Source: an uncultured Bacteroides sp. (GTDB lineage Bacteria > Bacteroidota > Bacteroidia > Bacteroidales > UBA932). Taken from it: 64,000 bases of DNA. Under the pieces are notes generated by a model. It had not been told where the DNA came from. It searched no databases and saw nothing but the letters and a program-made list of their open reading frames with translations. This document shows, one piece after another, positions 1 to 9,864 of the stretch. Position numbers and translations under genes: made by a program. The stretch's first letter is position 1. Every line of letters starts with the position of its first letter. The stretch covers positions 7,965 through 71,964 of the forward strand of contig UREV01000008.1 in NCBI GenBank assembly GCA_900546925.1, given 5' to 3'.

Positions 1-2
1 GC

Positions 3-155
3 TTCGGCGCAGACGGCGACAAGACCAGACGCGATGAGGATTTCAATGCTGTCCGTGGTGGCGGTTTCGACGATAACCCGTTCGTTCAGGAGGTCCTGGA
101 CCACATCCGCCGCAAGTCCGCGCTTGGCGAAAGCATCATTGCGAGACTGAAGTAA
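3..155 (+). CDS. 3' end of an upstream gene, possibly DUF4954 family (partial)
   Basis: Open frame FGADGDKTRRDEDFNAVRGGGFDDNPFVQEVLDHIRRKSALGESIIARLK* ending TAA at 153-155; resembles remembered C-termini of Bacteroidales DUF4954 proteins. Confidence 0.5.
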   Translation, partial: FGADGDKTRRDEDFNAVRGGGFDDNPFVQEVLDHIRRKSALGESIIARLK

Positions 156-173
156 TTTGTGTAAATTTGCTAC

Positions 174-1598
174 ATGGAAACACTGATCTCATTCATTGCG
201 GGAATCGTAATAGCTGCGATTACCGCCGTAATAATATATCGAAGCAAAATTCGTCAGGTCGAAACTGACACCGAGAACCGCCTGTTCGCCGAGTTTAACG
301 CCGAGCGCGCGAAGTTGGAGGCCGAGCTCCAGTATACGAAGGCCCGCGCCGACTCCCTCCAGGAAGCTGCTGCGCAGGCTAAGGTGGATTCTGTCAATGC
401 CGTTGAGGCGGTTAAGGAGGATCTTAGAAAGCAACATCAGGAAGACATTGACCTGCGCGAAAAGAATCATAGTCAGGCATTTGCAGCGTTGCAGGAGCGT
501 TTTGACGAGACTTTGGCGAAGGTGACGGCACAGATGAAGGCGGAGACGGGCGATATGCTTAAGGAGCGTCAGAAGGAGTTTGCGGAGTCCAGCAACAAGA
601 GTATCGGACAGATACTTGACCCGTTAAGGGAGAATATTGAGAAACTTAAGGAAACCATGGCGAAAGGCAGCATTGACCAAGCCAAAAGGGAGGGGGAGAT
701 GGCTGAGCAGATTCGGGCTCTTATGGCGCATAGTGACGCGGCGCGAAAGAGTGCCGACGAGTTGGCAGCGGCTTTCAAGCATGGTAACAAGGTCCAGGGT
801 GACTGGGGTGAGATGAAGCTGGAGGAACTTCTTGAGTCACAGGGTCTTATACCTGGAATCCATTTCGATGTGCAGCCGACGATGAAGGATGCGGACGGTA
901 AGGTTCTCAAGAATTCTGATGGAAATATGTTGAGGCCGGATTTGATTCTGCATCTCGACCAGAGGCGCGAGGTCATCATCGATTCGAAGGTTTCGATGAA
1001 GGCTTATGTGGATTATGTCAATGCTGAGAATGAAGTGGACCGCCGTCGTTTTCTTAAAGAACATATCGACAGTCTGAAGCAGCATGTCCGCGAGCTTTCG
1101 GATAAGCATTATTCTGATTATATAAAGGCTCCGAAGGTGTCTGCTGGTTATGTTATCATGTTCGTGCCGAATATCGGTGCCCTGTGGTCAGCGTTGAAAG
1201 AGGAACCGGATTTGTGGCGCAATGCTGCTGACAAGAATGTCTACATCGCTGATGAGCAGAGTCTTTACGGTGCCCTTAAGATAGTGAAGATGACGTGGAC
1301 TCAGATAGCTCAGGTGGCGAATCATGAGAAGGTGTTCGAGCTTGCTGACGAGATGATCGAGCGAGTGGGGATGTTCCTGGAGAATTACAAGAAAGTGGGC
1401 TCAAGTCTGAAGGCTGCAGCTGACGCGTATGAGTCTTCGTCGAAAAAACTCACTGAGGGACAGAGTGTTATGAAAACTGCCGGCAAGTTGGTGAGTATGG
1501 GTGCGAAGAATAACGGCAAACACGCCATCCCAGACGACTACCTGGATGTCGACGATATCCCTGCGCTTCCGGAGGTCGATGAAAAGCAGAATAAGTAA
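174..1598 (+). CDS. rmuC: DNA recombination protein RmuC
   Basis: N-terminal TM helix, long coiled coil, K.QGDWGE, RPD...IIDSK nuclease-like motif, MFVP. Confidence 0.9.
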   Translation: METLISFIAGIVIAAITAVIIYRSKIRQVETDTENRLFAEFNAERAKLEAELQYTKARADSLQEAAAQAKVDSVNAVEAVKEDLRKQHQEDIDLREKNHSQAFAALQERFDETLAKVTAQMKAETGDMLKERQKEFAESSNKSIGQILDPLRENIEKLKETMAKGSIDQAKREGEMAEQIRALMAHSDAARKSADELAAAFKHGNKVQGDWGEMKLEELLESQGLIPGIHFDVQPTMKDADGKVLKNSDGNMLRPDLILHLDQRREVIIDSKVSMKAYVDYVNAENEVDRRRFLKEHIDSLKQHVRELSDKHYSDYIKAPKVSAGYVIMFVPNIGALWSALKEEPDLWRNAADKNVYIADEQSLYGALKIVKMTWTQIAQVANHEKVFELADEMIERVGMFLENYKKVGSSLKAAADAYESSSKKLTEGQSVMKTAGKLVSMGAKNNGKHAIPDDYLDVDDIPALPEVDEKQNK

Positions 1599-1616
1599 CA
1601 CTAAGACAGTATAAAG

Positions 1617-2795
1617 ATGAAAAACAGATTGTTGGCGACATTGGTCGCTTCTGTGACAATGCTTGCTATGGCATTTGTCGCAAATGCCGGACAACCGGAA
1701 AATGACGAGTTGGTGTTTTACAATGCCACGGAATTCGAAATCGGAGGAAAGGCCACTAAGGAGACATTGACCCCTTTCGACAGGCTTCCAGCCTCTTATG
1801 AGAAGACAACACGACCGGAACTTTGGCGGCACGGGCATCATTCTGCAGGTATCTATGTCCGTTTCCGTACAGATTCCCCGATTATCAAGGCCAGATGGAC
1901 CTCGCTTTACGGAGCGCAGATGAGCCACATGGCACCATCAGGAATCAGAGGCATTGACCTATACGTGCTGGATGGCGGTAAATGGTATTTTACGGGGGTG
2001 GGCAGACCGGCGAAGAACGACAAGACCACGGAGTATGTCCTTGTGAAAAATATGGACCGCAAGGAACGTGAATATATGATTTATCTTTCTCTGTATGATG
2101 GTGTTACCTCACTTGAAATCGGCATTGACAAATCCAGCTTTATCGGTAAGCCTCAGGTGGACAGTCCGCGAAGAGGGTGTCCGATAGTGATGTACGGCAC
2201 GAGCATTCTTCAGGGAGGTTGCGTGTCACGCCCGGGAATGGCGCACACTTCATTGCTGGAGAGAGCCCTCGATATCGAGGTCATAAATCTCGGTTTCAGC
2301 GGTAATGCTCTCCTCGACCTGGATATCGCCCGGCTCATGGCATCCGTCGAGAAACCTGCTCTCTATGTTCTGGACAATGCACCTAATTGTAGCGCTGACC
2401 GTATCAATGAGCGCAGCGAGGCCTTCTTCCGTGTTATACGTGACGCTCATCCCGACGTGCCTGTTGTTATCGTGGAGCATCCGCTTTATCCGACCATGCG
2501 TCTGAACAATTATGCTCGCGAGGATATCACCGCCAGGAACAATGCCCAGAAGGCATTCTATGAGAAACTCCGCAAGGCTGGCGAGAAACGTATATACTAT
2601 GTCTCTGCCGACAAGCTCCTGGACGAAATGAAGGAAGGTACCGTAGATGGCAACCATTTTACCGACCTCGGAGTGACGTATTATGTCAATGCCATTCTTC
2701 CGACCATCAAGAAGGCGTTGAAGGCATCACCTTATCCTATGTTCAGGTCGACATCAGTCGGTTTCTCAGGAAGTTTTTCATACAGTCCCCAGTAA
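1617..2795 (+). CDS. SGNH/GDSL hydrolase with GxDLY N-terminal domain
   Basis: Signal peptide; GIDLY, YGTSILQG, INLGFSGN, DGNHFTDLG motifs; the last ~21 codons overlap the convergent gene. Confidence 0.85.
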   Translation: MKNRLLATLVASVTMLAMAFVANAGQPENDELVFYNATEFEIGGKATKETLTPFDRLPASYEKTTRPELWRHGHHSAGIYVRFRTDSPIIKARWTSLYGAQMSHMAPSGIRGIDLYVLDGGKWYFTGVGRPAKNDKTTEYVLVKNMDRKEREYMIYLSLYDGVTSLEIGIDKSSFIGKPQVDSPRRGCPIVMYGTSILQGGCVSRPGMAHTSLLERALDIEVINLGFSGNALLDLDIARLMASVEKPALYVLDNAPNCSADRINERSEAFFRVIRDAHPDVPVVIVEHPLYPTMRLNNYAREDITARNNAQKAFYEKLRKAGEKRIYYVSADKLLDEMKEGTVDGNHFTDLGVTYYVNAILPTIKKALKASPYPMFRSTSVGFSGSFSYSPQ

Positions 2796-3223
2796 TAAAA
2801 ATAAGTAACGACAGTCGGAGTCGCACCTTTATTCTTCTCGAATTTCAGATGAATCGTCAATGTGTCATCATTGATTGTAACGGACTGCTTTTTGAAACTG
2901 AATCCGGGGTCGGACATTCTGGCTTGTCCAAGCACCAGAGTATTCTTTGTGAAATCTATTGCAGGAAGTTTGTCGATCTGTGAAGATACAGACCGTCTGA
3001 ACTCATCCATGCTGTTGATTATCATACATTCCGACTTGTCTCCAAAGTAAAAATCAGATGCCGGAGTGCTGGACTGAGCCGGGAGGTGCTTGTCGAAAAA
3101 CGAAGATATTTCACCCGATGCTGCTATCGGTTTTATCTCCAAATCATCTTTATCGGTATTCGAACACGAAACCATCAACAATAAAGACATTAAAAATGCA
3201 GACAGACTTTTGAATTGTGTCAT
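2732..3223 (-). CDS. Hypothetical lipoprotein
   Basis: Lipobox LLLMVSC after MTQFKS; P.IDF.KNTL.L motif typical of small Bacteroidota lipoproteins; TAnnTTTG box upstream near 3254-3261. Confidence 0.7.
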   Translation of the reverse strand: MTQFKSLSAFLMSLLLMVSCSNTDKDDLEIKPIAASGEISSFFDKHLPAQSSTPASDFYFGDKSECMIINSMDEFRRSVSSQIDKLPAIDFTKNTLVLGQARMSDPGFSFKKQSVTINDDTLTIHLKFEKNKGATPTVVTYFYYWGLYEKLPEKPTDVDLNIG

Positions 3224-3298
3224 AACAAGATAGTTTAGAATGAATACTAGTCGCAAATATATAATTATATTTTAATTTACAACCCTAACCGTCACGTC

Positions 3299-3369
3299 GC
3301 CGGTCGGCGGCAGTGCCCGGCGAGCGAATTGCGAAGCACCTGAGCGAACGGGCACTGGCCGACGCCGGC
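3299..3369 (+). repeat. Palindromic repeat family A, copy 1
   Basis: Stem CAGTGCCCG/CGGGCACTG around GAGCGAAT-TGCGAAGCA-CCTGAGCGAA; homologous to the copies at 17775, 17927 and 38974. Confidence 0.85.
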
Positions 3370-3389
3370 AGCCATGCTACAATAAACGT

Positions 3390-3426
3390 AATGGTCCTCA
3401 AGCACTGAAACTGCTTGAGGACCATT
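3390..3426 (-). terminator. Intrinsic terminator downstream of kbl
   Basis: AATGGTCCTCAAGCA-ctgaaac-TGCTTGAGGACCATT perfect hairpin with A/T-rich flanks. Confidence 0.75.
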
Positions 3427-3472
3427 GTTTTATCGTGTCAGATTCCGCACGGATATTGCGGACCCTAAAATG

Positions 3473-4660
3473 CTATTTCAACACGTCGAGTTCCTTGCCG
3501 ACCTTTATGAAGGCAGCGATACACTTGTCGAGCTGCTCGCGGGTGTGCGCGGCAGAAAGCTGGACACGGATACGTGCCTGCTCCTTCGGAACTACAGGAT
3601 AGTAGAAACCGGTGACGTAGATACCTTCCTCCTGCATCTTCGCTGCGAATACCTGTGAAAGACGTGCATCGTAAAGCATAACGGCGCAAATCGCACTCTG
3701 GGTAGGCTTGATGTCGAAGCCGGCTGCCATCATCTTGTCCCTGAAGTAGTTTACATTCTCGATGAGCTTGTCATGCAACTCGTTGCTCTCCTTCAAGATA
3801 CGGAAAACCTCAAGGCTCGCGCCGATGATGCAAGGAGCGAGAGAGTTCGAGAACAAGTAAGGACGGCTGCGCTGTCTGAGAAGGTCAATGATCTCCTTAC
3901 GGCCTGTTGTGAATCCGCCGAGGGCACCGCCGAAAGCCTTTCCGAGAGTACCGGTGTAGATATCCACTCTGCCATAAGTATTTGTAAGCTCGCTGACACC
4001 GTGACCGGTAGCACCTACGACTCCTGCAGAATGTGACTCGTCCACCATCACGAGAGCGTCATACTTCTCTGCCAACTCGCAAATCTTGTCCACAGGTGCC
4101 ACGTTACCGTCCATGGAGAATACACCGTCTGTGACAATGATTCTGAAACGCTGAGCCTGAGCTTCCTGGAGGCATTTCTCCAACTCTGCCATGTCAGCAT
4201 TGGCATAACGATATCTCTTGGCCTTGCAAAGACGTACGCCGTCGATGATGGAGGCATGGTTCAATGCGTCTGAAATGATAGCGTCCTCATCTGTAAGAAG
4301 CGGCTCGAATACACCACCGTTGGCGTCGAAGCAGGCAGCATAAAGAATAGTATCCTCTGTGTGGAAATACTCGCTGATAGCTTTTTCGAGCTGTTTGTGA
4401 ATGTCCTCTGTTCCGCAGATGAAACGCACTGATGCCATTCCGAAGCCACGCTCTTTCATCATATCAGAAGAAGCCTTTATAAGGCGCGGGTCGTTAGCCA
4501 GACCGAGATAGTTATTTGCGCAGAAGTTGAGGACTTCTTTTCCTGCTACCTGAATGGAAGCAGACTGAGGACTCTCTATCAGGCGTTCCTCCTTGTAGAG
4601 GCCTGCCTCACGGATCTCAGCGAGAGTCTTGCTGAGATGCTCTTTCATTTTTCCGTACAT
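3473..4660 (-). CDS. kbl: Glycine C-acetyltransferase (2-amino-3-ketobutyrate CoA ligase)
   Basis: NFCANNYLGL, GMASVRFICGT, DGVFSMDG, TGTLGKA (PLP lysine), RQRSRPYLFSN. Confidence 0.95.
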   Translation of the reverse strand: MYGKMKEHLSKTLAEIREAGLYKEERLIESPQSASIQVAGKEVLNFCANNYLGLANDPRLIKASSDMMKERGFGMASVRFICGTEDIHKQLEKAISEYFHTEDTILYAACFDANGGVFEPLLTDEDAIISDALNHASIIDGVRLCKAKRYRYANADMAELEKCLQEAQAQRFRIIVTDGVFSMDGNVAPVDKICELAEKYDALVMVDESHSAGVVGATGHGVSELTNTYGRVDIYTGTLGKAFGGALGGFTTGRKEIIDLLRQRSRPYLFSNSLAPCIIGASLEVFRILKESNELHDKLIENVNYFRDKMMAAGFDIKPTQSAICAVMLYDARLSQVFAAKMQEEGIYVTGFYYPVVPKEQARIRVQLSAAHTREQLDKCIAAFIKVGKELDVLK

Positions 4661-4883
4661 ATAATCAATATTGTGTTTTTGAAAGCTATCTTGACTAATA
4701 TTTCAAAATAGTTTAAGTAATCCTTAAAAAATAACTTGGTAATCTTTGTGCGTCTTTTCGGTCTATATTCCTTTTCTCATCAGTCATGTGCCACCGGCAC
4801 ACTCCTTCTTCTAAAAGGAATCTATCCTCGAAAATCCATCACAAATCTTTACCTACTTATTTTTTAACGCTTACTAAGCGATG

Positions 4884-4914
4884 TAAAATTACACATTATT
4901 TGGGAATTATCAAA
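4884..4914 (-). promoter_or_regulatory. Bacteroidota sigma-70 promoter for kbl
   Basis: Minus strand TTTG (4914-4911), 19-nt spacer, TAATTTTA (4891-4884); the palindrome CGCTTACTAAGCG lies just downstream at 4868-4880. Confidence 0.5.
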
Positions 4915-5012
4915 TCGTTTAATAAATTATCGCGATTTTCTTGTTTTTTGTTAAAAAATCTTATTAATTTTGTGCAAAATTAAAACAAAGCAATAAACAC
5001 ATAAGCATTGAC

Positions 5013-5969
5013 ATGAAAAACATTCTTATAATTGGAGCGACTGGCCAGATTGGTTCAGAGCTTACGATGGAACTTCGCAAGAGATATGGCAGCGATCACG
5101 TTGTGGCAGGTTACATCCGTGGATGCGAGCCTAAGGGCGAACTTAAGGAGTCCGGCCCTTCAGCGGAGGTGGATGTTACTGACGGCGAAATGATCGCCAA
5201 TGTCGTAAAACAGTATAACATCGACACCATCTATAATCTTGCTGCTCTTCTTTCAGTCGTAGCTGAGTCTAAGCCGAAGCTCGCATGGAAGATCGGTATC
5301 GACGGATTGTGGAATGTGCTTGAGGTAGCCAGAGAGCATGGATGTGCTGTGTTTACCCCAAGTTCCATCGGTTCATTCGGCCCTAACACTCCTCATGTGA
5401 ATACTCCTCAGGATACTATCCAGCGTCCGAGGACAATGTATGGTGTTACTAAGGTTACTACCGAGCTTCTCAGTGATTATTATTTCTTGAAATATGGCGT
5501 GGACACACGTGCAGTGCGTTTCCCTGGTCTTATCTCCAACGTTACTCTTCCTGGTGGCGGTACCACTGACTATGCGGTAGATATCTATTACTCTGCTGTA
5601 CGCGGTGAGAAGTTCACCTGCCCATTCAGGCCTGGTACACTCATGGATATGATGTATATGCCTGATGCATTGAACGGAGCCATTAAACTTATGGAGGCTG
5701 ACCCTTCAAGACTTATCCATAGAAATGCTTTCAATATCGCATCTATGAGCTTTGCTCCTGAGACCATTTATGAGGCTATCAAGCGTGAGGTTCCTGATTT
5801 CCAGATGGAATATGTTCCTGATCCGTTGAAGCAGAGCATCGCAGACAGCTGGCCTGACTGCATGGATGACTCTTGCGCAAGAGCAGAGTGGGATTGGAAG
5901 CCTGAGTATGATCTCGAAGCTATGACACACGATATGCTCGAGAAGCTTCGTGCAAGACTTTTAAAATAG
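5013..5969 (+). CDS. L-threonine 3-dehydrogenase (SDR/NAD-dependent epimerase type)
   Basis: GATGQIG, PSSIG, YGVTK, GGGTTDY, IADSWP motifs; divergent from kbl. Confidence 0.9.
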   Translation: MKNILIIGATGQIGSELTMELRKRYGSDHVVAGYIRGCEPKGELKESGPSAEVDVTDGEMIANVVKQYNIDTIYNLAALLSVVAESKPKLAWKIGIDGLWNVLEVAREHGCAVFTPSSIGSFGPNTPHVNTPQDTIQRPRTMYGVTKVTTELLSDYYFLKYGVDTRAVRFPGLISNVTLPGGGTTDYAVDIYYSAVRGEKFTCPFRPGTLMDMMYMPDALNGAIKLMEADPSRLIHRNAFNIASMSFAPETIYEAIKREVPDFQMEYVPDPLKQSIADSWPDCMDDSCARAEWDWKPEYDLEAMTHDMLEKLRARLLK

Positions 5970-6026
5970 TTGTTCAAGTTTCGCGTGTGCGAAATTTGTG
6001 GTAGTTAGATAAATTTCAAATAGTAC

Positions 6027-6074
6027 GATCTCCATGGCTCTTTCAGTTTGGAACCATGGAGGTCGTTTTTTTTA
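6027..6074 (+). terminator. Intrinsic terminator after threonine dehydrogenase
   Basis: GATCTCCATGG...CCATGGAGGTC followed by a T run. Confidence 0.75.
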
Positions 6075-6185
6075 TTTTGTCTCTTGTAGAATACACTATT
6101 CTTCGTAAATTAGTAGTTTCCTAAATTTGTATTGAATACTAAACTTGGAGAGTGAAAAACTTGGAGTAGCTCATAAATAGTCATT

Positions 6186-9100
6186 ATGCTTGACAAAACG
6201 ACATTGAAGAACCGTATCTTGGTGCTCGACGGAGCTATGGGTACCATGATTCAGAGATATAATCTGACGGAGGAAGACTTCCATAAAGGTCTCCCAGAAA
6301 ATTCGCATGAACTGAAGGGAAACAATGAATGCCTGAACATCTCTCATCCTGAAATAATCGAAGAAATCCATAAGGAATATATAGCTGCAGGAGCCGATAT
6401 AATCGAAACTAATACATTCAGTGCCAACCGCATATCCCAAAAAGAATACGGAACAGAGGCATTGGCCTATACCCTGGCATTGGAAGGAGCCCGTATCGCC
6501 CGCAGGGCCGCGGGAAGCGAGATTCTGGTATTCGGCAGCGTGGGGCCGACCTCCAAGTCGCTGAGCCTGTCGCCGGACATCAACAATCCTGCCGAGCGTC
6601 CGTACAGTTTCAGGGACATGGCCGAGGCTTATGACGAACAGATTCGCGGACTTATCGACGGCGGTGTGGACGCCATCCTCATAGAGACCTGTTTCGATGC
6701 GCTGAATACCAAGGCTGCACTTTATGCCCTCGAAAAAATCGACCGCCATTTCCCGGCCGTCGTATCAGTATCTGTGAACGACAAGAGCGGAAGAACATTG
6801 ACAGGACAGACTTTACAGGCCTTCTACACGTCTGTGAGCCATTATCCGCTTCTCGCATTCGGTCTGAACTGCTCGCTCGGAGCAGACGACCTGACTCCGC
6901 TCCTGAATGAAGTGGCAGGGTTCAGCCTTTTCCCTGTGAGCTGTTATCCGAACGCCGGACTGCCTAATGAAATGGGCGGTTACGACGAGACTCCTGAAGA
7001 AATGGCTGAGTCTGTAAGAAAAATGGCTGAATCCGGACTGCTGAACATAATTGGAGGCTGTTGCGGAACCACGCCTGCGCATATCGCTGCCATCAGCGCT
7101 GCTGTAAAGGGCCTGAAGCCACGTGCAATTCCGGATGACCCGACCGGTGGCCCGCTCACCGTAAGCGGACTCGAACACACCAGCATTGACCTTAAACACA
7201 GCAATTTTACGAACATCGGAGAACGCACGAACGTGGCGGGCTCCCGCAAATTCGCGAAACTCATCGCAGCCGGCGATTACGAGACCGGCCTTCAAATAGC
7301 TGCTGATCAGATAGATAACGGCGCCAGCATCATAGACATAAACATGGACGACGCGATGCTCGACAGCCGCGCCTGCATGGAGACTTTCGTCAGGTATATC
7401 TCGAACGACCCGGCCGTGGCCAAAGCCGCGCTCATGATCGACTCCTCGCATTGGGAAACAATTCTTGCGGGACTGGAAAACGCTGAAGGTAAATGCATTG
7501 TGAACTCCATAAGCCTTAAGGAGGGCGAAGAAGCCTTCTCGCACAAGGCCATGGAAATCCATGATCTGGGAGCCGCGATGGTAGTCATGGCGTTCGACGA
7601 AGAAGGCCAGGCCACGACTTACGACAGAAAAATCGCCATTTGCAAAAGGGCTTACGATATTCTCGTGAATAAACTTCACATCCCGGCGCACGACATCATC
7701 TTCGACGTGAACGTACTTTCAGTCGGCACCGGCATCGAGGAACACGCCCGCTACGGCATAGATTTCATCGAGGCTGTCAGATGGATAAAACAAAATTTGC
7801 CAGGCAGTTACACCTCTGGAGGTATCTCGAACCTGTCTTTCGCATTCCGCGGTAACAACACCGTCCGTGAGGCCATGCATTCCATCTTCCTCTACCACGG
7901 CGTGAAGGCCGGTCTCGACATGGGAATCGTGAATCCGGGCATGCTCCAGGTCTACGACGACATCGAACCTGACCTGCTGAAAAAAGCCGAAGACGTGATT
8001 CTGGACCGCGACCCCGAAGCCACCGAGCGCCTGATTACCAAGGCACAAGAGATAATGGCGGCCAAGGAGGCCGAGAAAGCCGCTGCCGCCGGAGGAGCCG
8101 CACCCGTAAAAACTGAGCCCGCCAAGGTTTCTGTCAATGCCGAAGATCGTGTGAAGGAGGCGTTGGTGAAAGGCAAAAGCGTAGGCTTGGAGGCAGACAT
8201 CATGGAATGTTATCATAAATATGGTACAGCCGTGAAAGTCATCGAAGGTCCGCTGATGGCCGGAATGGAACGTGTCGGTGAACTCTTCGGAGCAGGCAAA
8301 ATGTTTCTGCCACAGGTAGTCAAGTCTGCTAAAATAATGAAGGACGCAGTCTCGATACTGGAACCGTACATGACCGGCGAGGGAGGCGATTCGACCGACA
8401 GGCCTGTCATTGTCAATGCCACTGTAAAGGGCGACGTTCATGATATCGGAAAGAATATCACCGGCATCGTGCTGAGCTGTAACGGGTTTAATGTCATCGA
8501 CTTAGGTGTGATGGTGGACAAAGAGACCATCCTCGACGAAGCCGAAAAACACCACGCTGCCATCATCGGTGCCAGCGGACTCATCACCCCGTCACTTTTC
8601 CAGATGGAAGAACTCTGCCGCGAAATGACCCGCCGCGGACTCGACACCCCGCTGTTCATCGGCGGAGCGACCACATCCGCGCTGCACACCGCCGTCAAAC
8701 TCGCCCCGCTCTACGACCACGTCTTCTACGCGCAGGACGCCTCCTCGGGAGCCGTAATGGCCAAAAAATGTATGATGGACCGCAAGAAATTCGAGGACGA
8801 GGAGCACGCCGCCCAGCAGAAAATCCGCACCCTCTATGAGAGTCGCCCTAATGTTCAGGTCAATGCTGAAGTGACTGATAAAGAGGTGTTTGCGGAAGAC
8901 TCATACTTGCGTAAAGATGAATACTCGTTCCGTGATATTCCTGCTATGGAACTTTCGATAGACGAGATTTTGCCATATTTCGATTGGCGAATGTTCTTGG
9001 CCGTCTGGGGTATCAAATATGGCGGAGAACTGCCTGATGACCCTATCGTGGAAAAGACATTGGCAGAAGGAAAATCAGTTATCGAGAGATTCCGTACACG

Positions 9101-9806
9101 TCACGAAGTGAAGGTGCAGATAGCAGCCAAGTTCTTGGATGCAATGCGCGAAGGGGACGATATCGTGGCTGACAGCGTCCGTTTCCCGATGATGCGTCAG
9201 GATCAGCCGCAGGAGATTGCCGACGGTCGTAAAGTATGCCTTTCATTGGCAGATTTCGTGCCGTCAGAAAAGAAAGGTCCGATGGGTGTCTTCGCCGTAA
9301 GCGTCCTCACAAGTCACGGACTTGCATGCACTTGCGGATGTCACCCTATAGGTTACAGGCATCCGTCCATGCCTTCAGGAAACTTGACAGAAAGTCCGAA
9401 CAATGACAAGGATTATAACGGCATGATGGATAGGGCAGTAAGGGTGACATTGGCCGAAGCCGCATCCCAGTGGCTCGACGAACATCTGAAGGCATTGATC
9501 CGAACAAAACCGGCCGACAGGCAGATGAAAGTGGTGAAGCCGGCAGCCGGATATGCGAGTTGCCCGGACCATACGCTCAAAAAGGACATTCTGGCGCTGC
9601 TTCCGGACGCGGCGAAACTCGGCATCGAGCTCACTGAGAGTTATGCGATGATTCCGGACGCTTCGATTTGCGGATTTGTATTCTTCCACCCGGAGGCGAC
9701 TTATCCGGGGATCAGGCACATTTCCAAGGAGCAGTTCGATGACTATGTCGCCAGACGTGGAATGAGCGAGAAGGATGCGAGACAGTTCCTCGGATATCTT
9801 TTGTAG
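6186..9806 (+). CDS. metH: Cobalamin-dependent methionine synthase
   Basis: LDGAMGT, GGCCGT, IGERTNVAGS, GDVHDIGKN (cobalamin DxHxxG), GY.SCPDH. Confidence 0.95.
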   Translation: MLDKTTLKNRILVLDGAMGTMIQRYNLTEEDFHKGLPENSHELKGNNECLNISHPEIIEEIHKEYIAAGADIIETNTFSANRISQKEYGTEALAYTLALEGARIARRAAGSEILVFGSVGPTSKSLSLSPDINNPAERPYSFRDMAEAYDEQIRGLIDGGVDAILIETCFDALNTKAALYALEKIDRHFPAVVSVSVNDKSGRTLTGQTLQAFYTSVSHYPLLAFGLNCSLGADDLTPLLNEVAGFSLFPVSCYPNAGLPNEMGGYDETPEEMAESVRKMAESGLLNIIGGCCGTTPAHIAAISAAVKGLKPRAIPDDPTGGPLTVSGLEHTSIDLKHSNFTNIGERTNVAGSRKFAKLIAAGDYETGLQIAADQIDNGASIIDINMDDAMLDSRACMETFVRYISNDPAVAKAALMIDSSHWETILAGLENAEGKCIVNSISLKEGEEAFSHKAMEIHDLGAAMVVMAFDEEGQATTYDRKIAICKRAYDILVNKLHIPAHDIIFDVNVLSVGTGIEEHARYGIDFIEAVRWIKQNLPGSYTSGGISNLSFAFRGNNTVREAMHSIFLYHGVKAGLDMGIVNPGMLQVYDDIEPDLLKKAEDVILDRDPEATERLITKAQEIMAAKEAEKAAAAGGAAPVKTEPAKVSVNAEDRVKEALVKGKSVGLEADIMECYHKYGTAVKVIEGPLMAGMERVGELFGAGKMFLPQVVKSAKIMKDAVSILEPYMTGEGGDSTDRPVIVNATVKGDVHDIGKNITGIVLSCNGFNVIDLGVMVDKETILDEAEKHHAAIIGASGLITPSLFQMEELCREMTRRGLDTPLFIGGATTSALHTAVKLAPLYDHVFYAQDASSGAVMAKKCMMDRKKFEDEEHAAQQKIRTLYESRPNVQVNAEVTDKEVFAEDSYLRKDEYSFRDIPAMELSIDEILPYFDWRMFLAVWGIKYGGELPDDPIVEKTLAEGKSVIERFRTRHEVKVQIAAKFLDAMREGDDIVADSVRFPMMRQDQPQEIADGRKVCLSLADFVPSEKKGPMGVFAVSVLTSHGLACTCGCHPIGYRHPSMPSGNLTESPNNDKDYNGMMDRAVRVTLAEAASQWLDEHLKALIRTKPADRQMKVVKPAAGYASCPDHTLKKDILALLPDAAKLGIELTESYAMIPDASICGFVFFHPEATYPGIRHISKEQFDDYVARRGMSEKDARQFLGYLL

Positions 9807-9864
9807 ACGTATGTTATATTTTATCTGAGGTTATTTTTTACGTTACTTGAACAATAGACAAACC

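Noticed and set aside
4755..4785. Hammerhead ribozyme (CTGATGA...CGAAA on minus) or glycine riboswitch in the kbl leader
   Set aside because: No stem II can form between CUGAUGA and GAAA, and the CUCUCAGG/CUUUCAGG element of glycine aptamers is missing.
6100..6185. SAM riboswitch before metH; AAACTTGGAG direct repeat at 6141 and 6157
   Set aside because: The leader is under 60 nt with no SAM-I core; a 10-bp repeat alone is too weak to call.
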